A stretch of DNA of 64,000 nucleotides from an uncultured Actinomycetota bacterium (lineage in GTDB: Bacteria; Actinomycetota; Actinomycetes; Actinomycetales; CAVURS01), in NCBI GenBank assembly GCA_963743975.1, contig CAVURS010000005.1, positions 497,351 through 561,350 of the forward strand, given 5' to 3'. The notes beneath the pieces are model-generated. The model was not told the DNA's origin and searched no databases. It worked only from the letters and a program-made list of their open reading frames with translations. Position 1 is the stretch's first letter, and each line of letters begins with the position of its first letter. Positions 1-10,719 of the stretch are shown here, piece by piece. Both the position numbers and the translations under genes were made by a program.

Positions 1-554
1 AGGACGTCGGGGTCCACGAAGCCGTCGGTGCCGTGGACGGCCGCTCGTCGCTCGCCGGCCACCCGGCACCGGCCGACGTCGCCCAGCACCGGGCGGCCGT
101 CCAGATGCAGCAGCACGTTCCCGGGAGAGACGTCCGCGTGGGTGACGCCCATCCGGTGCAGCTCCGCGAGACCCGTCGCCACCGCGGTGGTCACCGTGAC
201 GACCTCGCCGGGCAACAGGTGGCCGCGGGCCCGGACGACGCGGGCGAGGTTCCCGCCACCGGCCAGCTCCAGCACGAGCACCGTGCGCCCGTCCGGCAGG
301 TCGAGGTCGTCGCACCGGCGGACGACATGGGGGTGCGACAGCGCCCGCAGCAGCGCGACCTCGCCCGCGCCCACCCGGTCGAGCGACTCCTCGATCGTCA
401 GCACCTTGAGGGCGACCTGGGTCCGGTCGGCCAGCGCGAGCGCGGACCAGACCTGGCTCGTGCTGCCGGTCCCGAGCCGCTGGCCCACGAGGTAGCCCGG
501 CACCGCGGGCGGCTCCTCCCGGACCGGGACCCCGGTCGCCGCTGCCTGCCCCAT
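1..554 (-). CDS. Ser/Thr protein kinase, N-terminal part (runs off the window edge)
   Basis: Manual minus-strand translation from ATG 554: Gly loop LGTGSTSQVW, VALKV, catalytic loop LHRMGVTHADVSPGNVLL, DVG (DFG-like), GTDGFVDPD. Not in the ORF track because it has no stop in the window. Confidence 0.85.
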   Translation of the reverse strand, partial: MGQAAATGVPVREEPPAVPGYLVGQRLGTGSTSQVWSALALADRTQVALKVLTIEESLDRVGAGEVALLRALSHPHVVRRCDDLDLPDGRTVLVLELAGGGNLARVVRARGHLLPGEVVTVTTAVATGLAELHRMGVTHADVSPGNVLLHLDGRPVLGDVGRCRVAGERRAAVHGTDGFVDPDV

Positions 555-630
555 GGTCGAACCCAACCGCAACCCGGCGGCTCGCCGCTCCGGCTGTCCA
601 CAGCCTCGGCGCGTCACTAGGGTCGACGGC

Positions 631-1368
631 GTGCCGGCCGACTCCCCCACGATCCTGGCCACGTCCGGCGGATACCGCCCGGGCACGCGCAGCCGGCTGC
701 GGTTCGACCGGCTGGTCCACCACGCCGTCGAGCTGTCCGGGGTCGACGGACGGGCACCGCGCATCTGTCCACGTCGGCACCGCGCTCGGGGATCAGCGAT
801 CGTTCAACGCCGAGCTGGACGAGGCGGCCCGGCTGGACGGCTTCGACCTGAGCCACCTGAACCTGTTCCCCATGCCCAGCGTCGACGACGTCGAGGGGCA
901 CCTGATGGAGCAGGACGTCGTCTGGGTCAACGGCGGCTCGGTGGTCAACCTGCTCGCGGTCTGGCGGGCGCACGGCCTGGACGCGATCTTCCCCCGGGTG
1001 TGGGCAGGCCGGCGTCGTGCTGGCCGGGGTCAGTGCCGGGTCGATCTGCTGGTTCCGCGGTGGCACGACGGACTCGTTCCGGCCCCGGCTCGACCCGGTG
1101 ACCAACGGCCTGGCGCTATTGCCGTACGACAATGGTGTGCACTTCGACTCGGAGGACCGGCGCCGCCCGCTCGTGCACGAGCTCGTCGCCGACGGCACGC
1201 TCGGCGAGACCCACTGCACCGACGACGGGGTCGGGCTGCGTCTACCGCGGGCACCGAGCTGGTCGAGGCCGTCACCGAGCGCGCCGGCAAGGGCGCCTAC
1301 GTCGTACGTCGCGACGGCGACCAGGCCGTCGAGGAGCGCTGGAGCCCCGGCTGCTCCCTGCGCCGTAG
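631..1368 (+). CDS. Peptidase E (S51, class I glutamine amidotransferase-like); several indels
   Basis: Fragments in different frames join into PTILATSGG...DVVWVNGGSVVNLLAVW...GVSAGSICWF...NGVHFDSE...DDGVGL, with the nucleophile motif GxSAG. Confidence 0.85.
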
Positions 1369-1399
1369 CCCGACGACGCCCCGGCTCGCAGGTGCCCGC

Positions 1400-3871
1400 C
1401 CGGGGTCCGACCTGCAGGCTCGGCCGGTCTGGTCCCGGCTGCTGGGCGTGCGCGAGCTTGCTCGGCCACCAGATCCGCCGGCCGATGTCGTAGGACAGCG
1501 CCGGCACGAGCAGCGACCGGACGATGAACGTGTCCATCAGCACGCCGAAGGCGACCGCGAAGCCGATCTCGGCCAGGAACACGATCGGCAGCACGCCCAG
1601 CACGGCGAAGGTCGACGCGAGCACGATGCCGGCCGACGTGATGACCCCGCCGGTCACCGAAAGGCCCACGCAGCACACCGGATCTGGTGCCGAACTGCAG
1701 CGTCTCCTCGCGCACCCGGGTCATCAGGAAGATGTTGTAGTCGATCCCGAGCGCGACCAGGAAGATGAACGCGAAGAGCGGGAACGACGGGTCGGCGTTG
1801 GCGAAGTGGAAGACGTGGTTGAACACCACCGAGCAGACGCCGAGGGTGGCGGTGAACGACAGGACCACGGTCGCGATCAGCAGCAACGGAGCCAGCATCG
1901 CTCGCAGCAGGATCATCAGCACGATCAGGATGACGACGAGCACCAGCGGGATGATGACCCGGCTGTCGCGCGCGGAGGCGTCCAGGGTGTCCAGCTGGAT
2001 GGCGGCCTGGCCACCGACCTCGGCGTGCGGCACCGGGGATCGCATGCACGGCCGTCCGCAGCGCCTTGATCGCGTCGTACGCCGGCTTGCTGTCGTACGA
2101 GGACGTGAGCTGCGCGTTGATGACCGTGCGGCCGCCGATCGGAGCGACGCGTCGAGCAGTCGGGCAGGCAGCCGTCCGGGCCGGCCGTCGAGTGCTGCAC
2201 CGCCGGCCGTGTGGCCGCCGCGGCGAGCTTGGCGTAGTCGGGCTGGACGCAGACCGCACCGGGACCGGTCGCCACGCCCTTGACCTTCGCCGCCGCCGCG
2301 ATGACCGCCGCCTGCTGGCTGGCGTCGCGTGGTGATCACGGCCGGCGTGCCCGCCCCCTGGTCGAACTTCGCGTCGTAGATCCGTTGCCCCACCAGCGCG
2401 TCCGGGGTGTTCGTGAACGAGTCCGTGATGGGCAGGCCGTTGGTGCGCAGGCCCGGGACCAGCGCCACGAACGCCAGCAGGATGACGGCGGTGACCGCCC
2501 AGAACCGCCGCGGGGTGACGGCCGACCGCAGGCGGCGACCCGGCCCCACAGGCCATGGGTGGCGATGTCGACGGCGTGGTCGACGTGCGGCGTGCGCGGC
2601 CAGAAGATCCAGCGCCCGGCCGGGATCCGAGCGAACCACGGCAGGTGCCTCCCGGCCGCTGACCGCAGCGCCCGCCGGCGAGCCGAGCCGCGAGAGCCGG
2701 CGAACGACGCCACGACGGCCAGGAAGCCGATGAGGAGCCGAGCGCCCGAGCGATGGCCGAGCCGAGCACGGCGCGCACGGCGGCCCGCGACGACGGCGGT
2801 CACCAGCGACGCTCGGGGAAGAGCAGGGCGACCGGCAGGAAGAACAGCATCATGAACAGCGTGCTCGCGATCCCGATCGCGCAGACCGGGCCGAGCCCAC
2901 GGTTGGAGTTCAGCTCGCTGACGAGCAGGCAGAGCAGACCGATGACGACGGTGCAGGCCGAGGCGAAGATCGGCCGGCGCGGCACCGCGCCAGGCCCGGA
3001 TCATCGCGTCGACGCGGTCGTCGTACTCGTGCAGCTCCTCGCGATACCGGCTGATCAGCAGGAGGGCATAGTCCGTGCCCGCACCGATCACGAGGACGGA
3101 CAGGATGCCCTGGCTCTGGCCGTTCAGCGTGATGACGTCGTTCTTGGCCAGGACGTAGATGACGATCGAGGACAGTCCGAGGGCGAGCGCGGCGCTGAAC
3201 AGCGGGAAGACCCACACGACCGGGCTGCGGTAGACCAGCAGCAGCAGGACGATCACGACGACGCCCGGCGATGCCGAGCAGCTTGCCGTCGATGCCCTGG
3301 AACGCGTCGATGAACGCGACCAGCAGCCCGCCGGCGCCCGCGCTGTGGGCGACCAGCCCGGCCGGGTTGCCGGTCTGGGCGATCTTGATGACCGCCTTCT
3401 CGTTGTCGCTCAGCTCGGGTCCGGTCAGGTCGGTCCCGCCGCGCGAGGCGACGAGCGGGACGGACAGGGAGGCGGTGCGTGCCGTCCTGGGAGTACCTGC
3501 GGCTGCCCGAGCTGGGTGCGAGTCGACGCCGGGGAGCTGCGGCGATCTTGGCCCGGTCGGCCGCGACCTTGGCCTTGTCGCTCGGCGGTCAGACCGCCGG
3601 CGCGCTGGTAGACGAGGAAGCCGGGGATGTTCTGGACCGTGATGAACTTGTCGGACTCGTTGGCCACCTTGGTGGACTCGGCCGACGACGGCAGGAACGC
3701 GGAGTTGTCGTTCTTCTGGACGTCGCTGAGCTTGCCCTCGAAGCTGCCGCCGATCCCGCCGAGCAGGAAGGCCACGACGGCGAGCAGCGGCGAACGCCGG
3801 CAGGAAGCGCGGCCGGGTCGGCTTGGGCGGCGAGGCACGGCAGTGGCGGGCGCGGACGTGTCGTGCGTCAT
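1400..3871 (-). CDS. MMPL (RND superfamily) transporter; multiple indels, 3' end uncertain
   Basis: Motifs FLPSSAEST, GAGTDYALLLISRYREEL, ALGIDYNIFLMTRVREE, GGVITSAGIVLASTF and DTFIVRSLLVPAL spread over ORFs 3425-4198, 2910-3932, 2336-3256, 1272-2639 and 617-1678. Confidence 0.9.
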
Positions 3872-3975
3872 GCTGCGGGCTCCCCTGAGTCGGCGGTGGC
3901 CGGCTGACGATGCGGGCACCAGCATGCCGCACCGGTCCGACAGGCGCTCCGGCCCACCGGCGTAGCCTGGACCGC

Positions 3976-4641
3976 GTGCTGGAGATCCTGCGGGCCTGGC
4001 GTCGTCCCCTACCTCGAGGCCTGGGACCAGCAGCGCGAGGTCCACGCTGCCGTCGTCTCGGGCGAGCGCCCGGACACCCTGATCCTGCTGGAGCACCCCG
4101 CCGTCTACACCGCGGGCAAGCGCACCGAGCCGCACGAGCGGCCGTTCGACGGGACGCCCGTGGTCGACGTCGACCGCGGGGGCAAGATCACCTGGCACGG
4201 GCCCGGGTCAGATCACCGGCTACCCGATCGTGCGGCTGCCGGAGCCGGTCGACGTCGTGGGCCACGTGCGCCGGCTGGAGACCGCGCATGATCGCGGTCT
4301 GCGCCGACCTCGGGCGTCGACGGCCGGCCGGGTCGAGGGCCGTAGCGGGGCCTGGATCCGGCCGACGGGCACGGGCCCGGACCGCAAGATCGGCGCGATC
4401 GGGATCCGGGTCGCCCAGGGCGTGACGATGCACGGGTTCGCACTGAACTGCGACTGCGACCTCAGCGCGTTCGAGACGTTCGTGCCGTGCGGCATCGCCG
4501 ATGCCGGCGTGACCTCGCTGAGCGCCGAGCTGGGGCGGGACGTGCGCGGTCGCGGAGGCGATGCCGTACGTCGAGCGCCGGATGACCGAGGTGCTGGACC
4601 TCGCGGGCGTCAGCCCGCGTCGTGCTCCCGCGCCTGCGTGA
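3976..4641 (+). CDS. lipB: Lipoyl(octanoyl) transferase LipB; indels
   Basis: [43 protein letters not shown] and [13 protein letters not shown]; lies near lipA. Confidence 0.92.
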
Positions 4642-4763
4642 CCAGGCCGAGCACCAGCCCGGCGACCAGGCCGATCGACCGAGGACATCGCGGTCGCGCG
4701 CATCACCGGGTGCGAGTAGACCGGCGCCGTCGTCCCGGTCCCCGTCAGGTTGATGGTGCTCAT
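4610..4763 (-). CDS. Putative small membrane protein (~50 aa after correcting one indel)
   Basis: SD AAGGGAGG precedes ATG 4763. Removing one base near 4677 gives [50 protein letters not shown]. Confidence 0.5.
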
Positions 4764-4935
4764 CGGGCGCCTCCCTTGCGGCCCGGCGGGCCTGATGCCC
4801 GCATCACGCCATGACTATCGGCAGGGGATGGCCCGGCGCTTGAGCCCTTGTGCCCGGGAGGCGACCATTTCCTGAACGATCGCCCGAAACATCCGCTCCG
4901 GCGTTCGTCCGAACGTGCACGGCGAGGCGCCCGGC

Positions 4936-5885
4936 CTACCGCAGCTGCGGCAGCACCTCCGCCGCGACCAGGTCCAGGTGGTCGAGGTCGGCAAGGCCGT
5001 TGAGCTGCAGGTAGAACCGGGTGGCACCGGCCTCGGCCAGCCGGCCGAAGCGGTCGACCAGCTCGGCCGGCGAGCCGGCGAAGGCCTCGGCCGCGCGCAG
5101 GGCGTCCGGGGTGCTGCCCGCCTCGGCGGCCCGCCGGGTCAGGTCGGCGTCGGACGTGCCGCAGCACACGATGTGCATGAAGGAGTACACGAGACTGTCC
5201 GGCTCGCGGCCGATCGCCGTGCACGCGGCGCGCACCCGGCCGTACACCTCGGCCACCTCCGTCGCGGGGACGAAGTTGACGTTGAACTCGCTGGCGAACT
5301 GCGCGGCCAGGGCCGGCGTACGCCGCCGCCCGTGGCCGCCGACGATGACCGGCAACGGCGACTGGACCGGCTTCGGCAGCGCCGGTGCGTCGACCAGGCG
5401 GTAGTGCTGGCCGGTGAAGTCGAACCGCTCGCCGGTGGGGGTCGACCACAGCCCCGTGACGATCGCCAGCTGCTCCTCCAGCCGGTCGAACCGCTCGTGG
5501 ACGTCGGGGAACGGGATCCCGTACGCCTCGTGCTCGGCCGCGAACCAGCCGGCCCCGAGCCCGAGCTCGACCCGGCCCTGCGACATGTCGTCGACGTTGG
5601 CGACCTGCACGGCGAGCAGGCCGGGGTGGCGGAACGTCGCCGACGTCACGAGCGTCCCCAGTCGCAGCGTCGACGGTCTCCCGTGCGATCCCGGCCAGCG
5701 TCGTCCACGCGTCGCTCGGCCCGGGCAGGCCGCTCGCGCCGTCCTCGGCGTACTCCCCCATCGCGAGGAAGTGGTCGGAACGGAAGAACCCCTCGAAGCC
5801 CAGGCTCTCGGCGTGCTGCGCGACGGTGAGCAGGTCGGTCGTACGACGCGCCCTGTTGCGGTTCGACCATGATGCGGAAGTCCAT
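4936..5885 (-). CDS. LLM-class, probably F420-dependent oxidoreductase (Rv1855c-like); indels
   Basis: [60 protein letters not shown] and PALPKPVQ. Confidence 0.88.
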
Positions 5886-5955
5886 GGGAGTGACCCTATG
5901 GGCGACCCACCCGGCCGCCTGCGGCCGGCTGCACCCGCGGGCTTACCCTGGAGGG

Positions 5956-6969
5956 GTGAGCGTCGCACCCGAAGGACGGCGGATGCTGCGGGTGGAGGCC
6001 CGCAACGCCGAGACCCCGATCGAGCGCAAGCCGTCCTGGATCAAGACCAAGGCGACGATGGGCCCGGAGTACTCCGAGCTGCACGCGCTGGTGAAGCGCG
6101 AGGGCCTGCACACGGTCTGCCAGGAAGCCGGCTGCCCCAACATCTTCGAGTGCTGGGAGGACCGCGAGGCGACCTTCCTCATCGGCGGCGAGCAGTGCAC
6201 CCGGCGCTGCGACTTCTGCCAGATCGACACCGGCCGTCCGGAGCCGCTGGACCGTGACGAGCCCCGGCGGGTGGCGACCAGCGTCCAGGCCATGGGGCTG
6301 CGCTACGCGACGATCACCGGTGTCGCCCGGGACGACCTCGAGGACGAGGGCGCCTGGCTCTACGCCGAGACCATCCGCCAGGTCCACGCGCTGAACCCGG
6401 GCACCGGCGTGGAGATCCTGGTGCCGGACTTCTCCGGTCGCCCCGAGCTGCTGCAGCAGGTGTTCGACGCGGCACCCGAGGTCTTCGCCCACAACGTCGA
6501 GACCGTGCCCCGGATCTTCAAGCGGATCCGGCCCGCCTTCCGGTACGACCGCTCGCTCGACGTGATCAGCCAGGGGCGCGCGGCCGGCCTGGTGACCAAG
6601 TCCAACCTGATCCTGGGCATGGGTGAGACACGCGAGGAGGTCAGCGTCGCGCTGCGCGACCTGCACGACGCCGGGACCGACCTGCTGACGATCACGCAGT
6701 ACCTCCGCCCGAGCCCCCGCCACCACCCCGTGGACCGCTGGGTCAAGCCCGAGGAGTTCGTGGAGCTCTCCGCCGAGGCCGAGGCCCTGGGCTTCGCCGG
6801 CGTGATGGCCGGGCCGCTGGTCCGCTCGTCGTACCGGGCCGGTCGGCTCTGGGCGCAGGCGATGACCCGGCGCGGGCAGCAGATCCCCGAGCAGCTCGCG
6901 CACCTGGCCGAGCAGGGCAGCGCCCGGCAGGAGGCGGCCAGCCTGATGGCTGCCCGCCCCGCGGTCTGA
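5956..6969 (+). CDS. lipA: Lipoyl synthase
   Basis: [12 protein letters not shown] and radical-SAM motif CTRRCDFC, C-terminal VRSSY; GTG start after GGAGG. Confidence 0.97.
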   Translation: MSVAPEGRRMLRVEARNAETPIERKPSWIKTKATMGPEYSELHALVKREGLHTVCQEAGCPNIFECWEDREATFLIGGEQCTRRCDFCQIDTGRPEPLDRDEPRRVATSVQAMGLRYATITGVARDDLEDEGAWLYAETIRQVHALNPGTGVEILVPDFSGRPELLQQVFDAAPEVFAHNVETVPRIFKRIRPAFRYDRSLDVISQGRAAGLVTKSNLILGMGETREEVSVALRDLHDAGTDLLTITQYLRPSPRHHPVDRWVKPEEFVELSAEAEALGFAGVMAGPLVRSSYRAGRLWAQAMTRRGQQIPEQLAHLAEQGSARQEAASLMAARPAV

Positions 6970-7009
6970 GCGAGACGACGGGGCGCCCCGGAGCCGTATC
7001 CTGAGCGGC

Positions 7010-7768
7010 ATGGCGCGCGCGGACAGGTCGGCGAAGAGGGCAGCGAAGGCGGCCGGCACGGCCGATGCGGCCACGGAGAAGAAGCCGGGACGCTTCGCGC
7101 AGATCCGGCAGACCTACCTCGCCGCCCGCCGGCTGGACCCGGCGATCACCTGGTGGATGCTGGGCGTGTCCCTGGCCGTCGTCGTCGTCTTCACGCTGGT
7201 CGGCCTGCTCATCCACCACTGGCTGTACTTCCTCATCATCAGCATCCCGCTCGCCGTGCTCGGCGCGGTGATCGTCCTGGCCCGCCGGGCCGAGCGCGCG
7301 GCGTACCGCCAGCTGGAGGGCCAGGCGGGCGCGTCGGGTGCCGCCCTCAGTGCCCTGCGCCGGGGTTGGTACTACGAGCAGGAGCCGGTCGCGGCCGAGG
7401 CCACCCGTCCCGGTGACCTGCACAGCGCGGCCCTGGTGTTCCGCGCGATCGGGCGGCCCGGCGTCGTCCTGGTGGCCGAGGGGCCGCGGTCGAGGGCGGC
7501 CCGCCTCGTGGAGTCCGAGCGCAAGCGGGTCAACCGGGTGGCTCCCAACGTCCCCGTCCACGTGCTGCGCACGGGCGACGGCGAGGACGAGGTGCCGGTG
7601 CACCGGCTGGCCAAGAAGCTGGGCCGGATGCGGCCGGAGCTGACCAAGCCCGAGGTGGACGCGGTGAACAAGCGGCTCAAGGCGCTCGGCGGGGTCAAGA
7701 TGCCGGTGCCCAAGGGCATGGACCCCTCCCGGGCCCGGCCGGACCGCCGGGCCATGCGCGGCCGCTGA
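7010..7768 (+). CDS. DUF4191 family membrane protein
   Basis: Two TM helices, AAYRQLEGQAGA, GRPGVVLVAEG and PVPKGMDP; canonical position between lipA and RDD/glnA. Confidence 0.9.
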   Translation: MARADRSAKRAAKAAGTADAATEKKPGRFAQIRQTYLAARRLDPAITWWMLGVSLAVVVVFTLVGLLIHHWLYFLIISIPLAVLGAVIVLARRAERAAYRQLEGQAGASGAALSALRRGWYYEQEPVAAEATRPGDLHSAALVFRAIGRPGVVLVAEGPRSRAARLVESERKRVNRVAPNVPVHVLRTGDGEDEVPVHRLAKKLGRMRPELTKPEVDAVNKRLKALGGVKMPVPKGMDPSRARPDRRAMRGR

Positions 7769-7795
7769 CCGCCCCGCTCTTCCTGACCGTCCCGG

Positions 7796-7820
7796 CCGGT
7801 GCAACGTGCACCGGATCTTT
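7796..7820 (+). terminator. Hairpin downstream of the DUF4191 gene
   Basis: CCGGTGCA-ACG-TGCACCGG followed by ATCTTT. Confidence 0.45.
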
Positions 7821-7867
7821 GCGTCGCGGTCATCGCGGGGAAACATCGCCGGAGTTGTCTGGACGGC

Positions 7868-8080
7868 ATGCAGACCACGCGCCATCTCCGGCTCGTCACG
7901 GCTCTCGGGCGTCATCTCGATGCGGCCGTGTGCGCCGGGTCCATCGCGAACGCGGCTCGCTCGGTCCGCGCTGACGAGGAGCGCGCGGGTCAGCGGAGGG
8001 AGGCGTTCGCCGCGGTCGGCGCGGTGACCGCCCTCCAGGAGCTGACGTCCGCGCGGAGCGCGCCCCGCCGGACCGGCTGA
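7868..8080 (+). CDS. Hypothetical protein (70 aa)
   Basis: ATG 7868, fills the intergenic gap, GC-rich third codon positions; no recognisable motif. Confidence 0.5.
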   Translation: MQTTRHLRLVTALGRHLDAAVCAGSIANAARSVRADEERAGQRREAFAAVGAVTALQELTSARSAPRRTG

Positions 8081-8084
8081 GGCC

Positions 8085-8132
8085 AACCTCGCCGGTGGCG
8101 ACCCTCGCTGGTGGCGACCCTCGCTGGTGGCG
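8085..8132. repeat. 3 x 16-bp tandem repeat (ACCCTCGCTGGTGGCG)
   Basis: Units at 8085 (2 mismatches), 8101 and 8117 (identical), between convergent genes. Confidence 0.85.
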
Positions 8133-8155
8133 GACCGCGCCGCAGCGCGCGTCGC

Positions 8156-8620
8156 CTAGATCCGGACCAGCACCGTGCCGGGCACCCGGTCGTGCACGCC
8201 GCGCTGGTCGCGGTCCCAGATGAGCGCCGGGACGGCGAGGCAGAGCAGCAGGGTGCGGACGAAGGCGAGGAACGGTCCGGGCAGGCCGCCCTGCAGGCGG
8301 TGCACCTGGAGCCGGAACAGCCGATGACCCACGGTGAACCCCACCGTCCCGACCAGCAGGAGGTTCTCCGCGGCGAAGACCAGGAGCGGGATGAAGGTCC
8401 GGCCGCCGGAGTTCGGTCCGGTCAGGGAGTAGCCGAAGAAGCCGGCGATCAGGTCGCACAGCACGAAGTCGACGACGATGGCGCCGATGCGGCGGCCGAA
8501 CCGGGCCACCGAGCCCGGGCCGTCGGCCGGCAGTCCCAGCCGGACGCCCGGGGGCTGGGCGTCGGGGTTGAGACTTCCGGGCCCTTGCAGCCAGGAGCCG
8601 ATGTCACGGCGGTCGACCAT
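8156..8620 (-). CDS. RDD family membrane protein
   Basis: MVDRRDIGSWLQGP, LGLPADGPGSVARFGRRIGAIVVD and DRDQRGVHDR; divergent from glnA as is usual in Actinobacteria. Confidence 0.92.
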   Translation of the reverse strand: MVDRRDIGSWLQGPGSLNPDAQPPGVRLGLPADGPGSVARFGRRIGAIVVDFVLCDLIAGFFGYSLTGPNSGGRTFIPLLVFAAENLLLVGTVGFTVGHRLFRLQVHRLQGGLPGPFLAFVRTLLLCLAVPALIWDRDQRGVHDRVPGTVLVRI

Positions 8621-8688
8621 GACGGCCAGGCTACTGGGCCGATGAGGGGTGCCCCGATTCATCTGGACGTCACGACGAGGGGGCCCTG

Positions 8689-8726
8689 GTAACAGCGCCG
8701 AAACATCCGGGACACTGTGCCGACAC
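8689..8726 (+). promoter_or_regulatory. GlnR box upstream of glnA
   Basis: GTAAC-n6-GAAAC-n6-GACAC-n6-GACAC, matching the actinobacterial GTnAC-n6-GaAAC tandem consensus. Confidence 0.85.
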
Positions 8727-8785
8727 CGCGGTTTCCTAGCGTGCAACCGGCGAGCGGCATCGGGCCCTTGCCTGGAGGAGGTTGG

Positions 8786-10210
8786 ATGTTCACCCACGCC
8801 GATGAGGTCCTGAAGTTCATCAAGGACCAGGACGTGAAGTTCGTCGATGTCCGCTTCTGCGACCTGCCCGGCGTCATGCAGCACTTCAACGTGCCGGCCG
8901 AGTCGGTGGGTGCGGAGTTCTTCACCGAGGGCCAGATGTTCGACGGGTCCTCGATCCGCGGCTTCCAGGCGATCCACGAGTCCGACATGAAGCTGATCCC
9001 GGACCTGTCCACCGCGTACCTCGACCCGTTCCGCGCCGAGACGACGCTCAACATCAACATGGGCATCGTCGACCCCTACACCGACGAGCCGTACAGCCGG
9101 GACCCGCGCCAGGTGGCCGCCAAGGCCGAGGCCTACATGCAGTCGACGGGCATCGCCGACACGGCGTTCTTCGCCCCCGAGGCCGAGTTCTACATCTTCG
9201 ACGACGTGCGGTTCGAGACCAAGCAGAACGCCGGCTACTACTACATCGACTCGATCGAGGCGGCCTGGAACACCGGCCGGGTCGAGGAGGGTGGCAACCT
9301 CGGCCACAAGACGCCGTACAAGGGCGGGTACTTCCCGGTGCCGCCGGTCGACCACTACGCGGACCTGCGCGACCAGATCGTCCTGGCCCTCGAGGCGCTC
9401 GGCCTGCAGGTCGAGCGCTCGCACCACGAGGTCGGCACGGCCGGACAGGCCGAGATCAACTACCGGTTCGACACCCTGGCCAAGTCGGCCGACAAGGTCA
9501 TGCTCTTCAAGTACGTCGTGAAGTCGGTGGCTCACGCCCACGGCAAGACCGCGACGTTCATGCCGAAACCGTTGTTCGGTGACAACGGATCGGGCATGCA
9601 CTGTCACCAGTCGCTCTGGAAGGACGGCGAGCCGCTGTTCTTCGACGAGGCCGGCTACGGCGGGCTGTCCGACATCGCGCGCTGGTACATCGGCGGCCTG
9701 CTCAAGCACGCGCCCTCGCTGCTGGCGTTCACCAACCCGACGGTCAACTCCTACCACCGGCTGGTGCCGGGCTTCGAGGCCCCGGTCAACCTGGTCTACT
9801 CGGCCCGCAACCGCTCGGCCTGCGTCCGGATCCCGGTCACCGGCTCGAACCCGAAGGCCAAGCGGATCGAGTTCCGCGTGCCCGACCCGTCGAGCAACCC
9901 GTACCTCGCGTTCTCGGCGATGCTGATGGCCGGCCTGGACGGCATCAAGAACCGGATCGAGCCGCCGGACCCGATCGACAAGGACCTCTACGAGCTGCCG
10001 CCGGAGGAGCACGCGTCGATCCAGCAGGTGCCGGGCTCGCTGCCCGAGGTGCTCGACGCCCTCGAGGCGGACAGCGAGTACCTCACCGAGGGCAACGTGT
10101 TCGCCCCCGACCTGATCGAGACGTGGATCGACTACAAGCGGACCTACGAGGTCGACCCGATCCGGCTGCGTCCGCACCCGCACGAGTTCGAGCTCTACTA
10201 CGACATCTAG
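8786..10210 (+). CDS. glnA: Glutamine synthetase type I (GSI-beta)
   Basis: [49 protein letters not shown] and adenylylation site [11 protein letters not shown]; SD GGAGG. Confidence 0.98.
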   Translation: MFTHADEVLKFIKDQDVKFVDVRFCDLPGVMQHFNVPAESVGAEFFTEGQMFDGSSIRGFQAIHESDMKLIPDLSTAYLDPFRAETTLNINMGIVDPYTDEPYSRDPRQVAAKAEAYMQSTGIADTAFFAPEAEFYIFDDVRFETKQNAGYYYIDSIEAAWNTGRVEEGGNLGHKTPYKGGYFPVPPVDHYADLRDQIVLALEALGLQVERSHHEVGTAGQAEINYRFDTLAKSADKVMLFKYVVKSVAHAHGKTATFMPKPLFGDNGSGMHCHQSLWKDGEPLFFDEAGYGGLSDIARWYIGGLLKHAPSLLAFTNPTVNSYHRLVPGFEAPVNLVYSARNRSACVRIPVTGSNPKAKRIEFRVPDPSSNPYLAFSAMLMAGLDGIKNRIEPPDPIDKDLYELPPEEHASIQQVPGSLPEVLDALEADSEYLTEGNVFAPDLIETWIDYKRTYEVDPIRLRPHPHEFELYYDI

Positions 10211-10351
10211 GCGATAAAGGGCCGCTGACCTGCGGAAAACGCTGTCAGCCTCTCACTGTCCGATATTTGTCCGAACGAGGGGCACGGCGAGCGGAGGTCC
10301 GGCCGGGCAGCGGGGGCTCACCCCGACGCTTATCCCTGCCGCGGGGTAGCC

Positions 10352-10599
10352 CTACCAGCGGTGGTCGGTGGTGGCGCTCGCCCGCATTTCACGGCGCTGC
10401 ATGGCGTGCTCGGCGAACTCTGGACCAGCCAGAGTGGCGATCACGAAGGCGGCGAGCCCGGCCCCTTCGATCGCTCCGCGGACGCTGTCGATGTTGAGGC
10501 CGCCGCCCGCGACCGCGCTGCCAGGAGCACCGCAGCAGTGAGCACCCACGGGGCGACGTCACGCGCCTCGTCGCGCGCGGCTGTCTGCTCGCTCCCCAC
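10352..10599 (-). CDS. Putative small membrane protein; one indel
   Basis: Joining ORFs 10441-10710 and 10352-10549 gives VGSEQTAARDEARDVAPWVLTAAVLLAA/VAGGGLNIDSVRGAIEGAGLAAFVIATLAGPEF...DHRW*, with two hydrophobic segments. Confidence 0.4.
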
Positions 10600-10719
10600 C
10601 CCCTGCGAGTCGGCAGGCCCGCGCCCGGTCTCACCTCGCGGTCGACCGGATCCCCCTTTTGGGTGTGCCACGCCGCGCCGGCGACGTGTAAAAGTCCCGC
10701 GTGCAACCACAGCAGGACG

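Noticed and set aside
1-554. Kinase with HAD/DVG variants as a pseudokinase
   Set aside because: The catalytic Lys, Asp, Asn and Mg-binding Asp are all present, and the gene is truncated by the window edge.
8085-8132. Possible mini-CRISPR
   Set aside because: Units are contiguous 16-mers without spacers, and there are no cas genes.
8156-10183. Long antisense ORFs (675 aa here; also 25804-28263, 30351-32510, 38003-40195)
   Set aside because: Shadow frames of high-GC genes with no motifs; only the last ~154 aa here is the real RDD protein.
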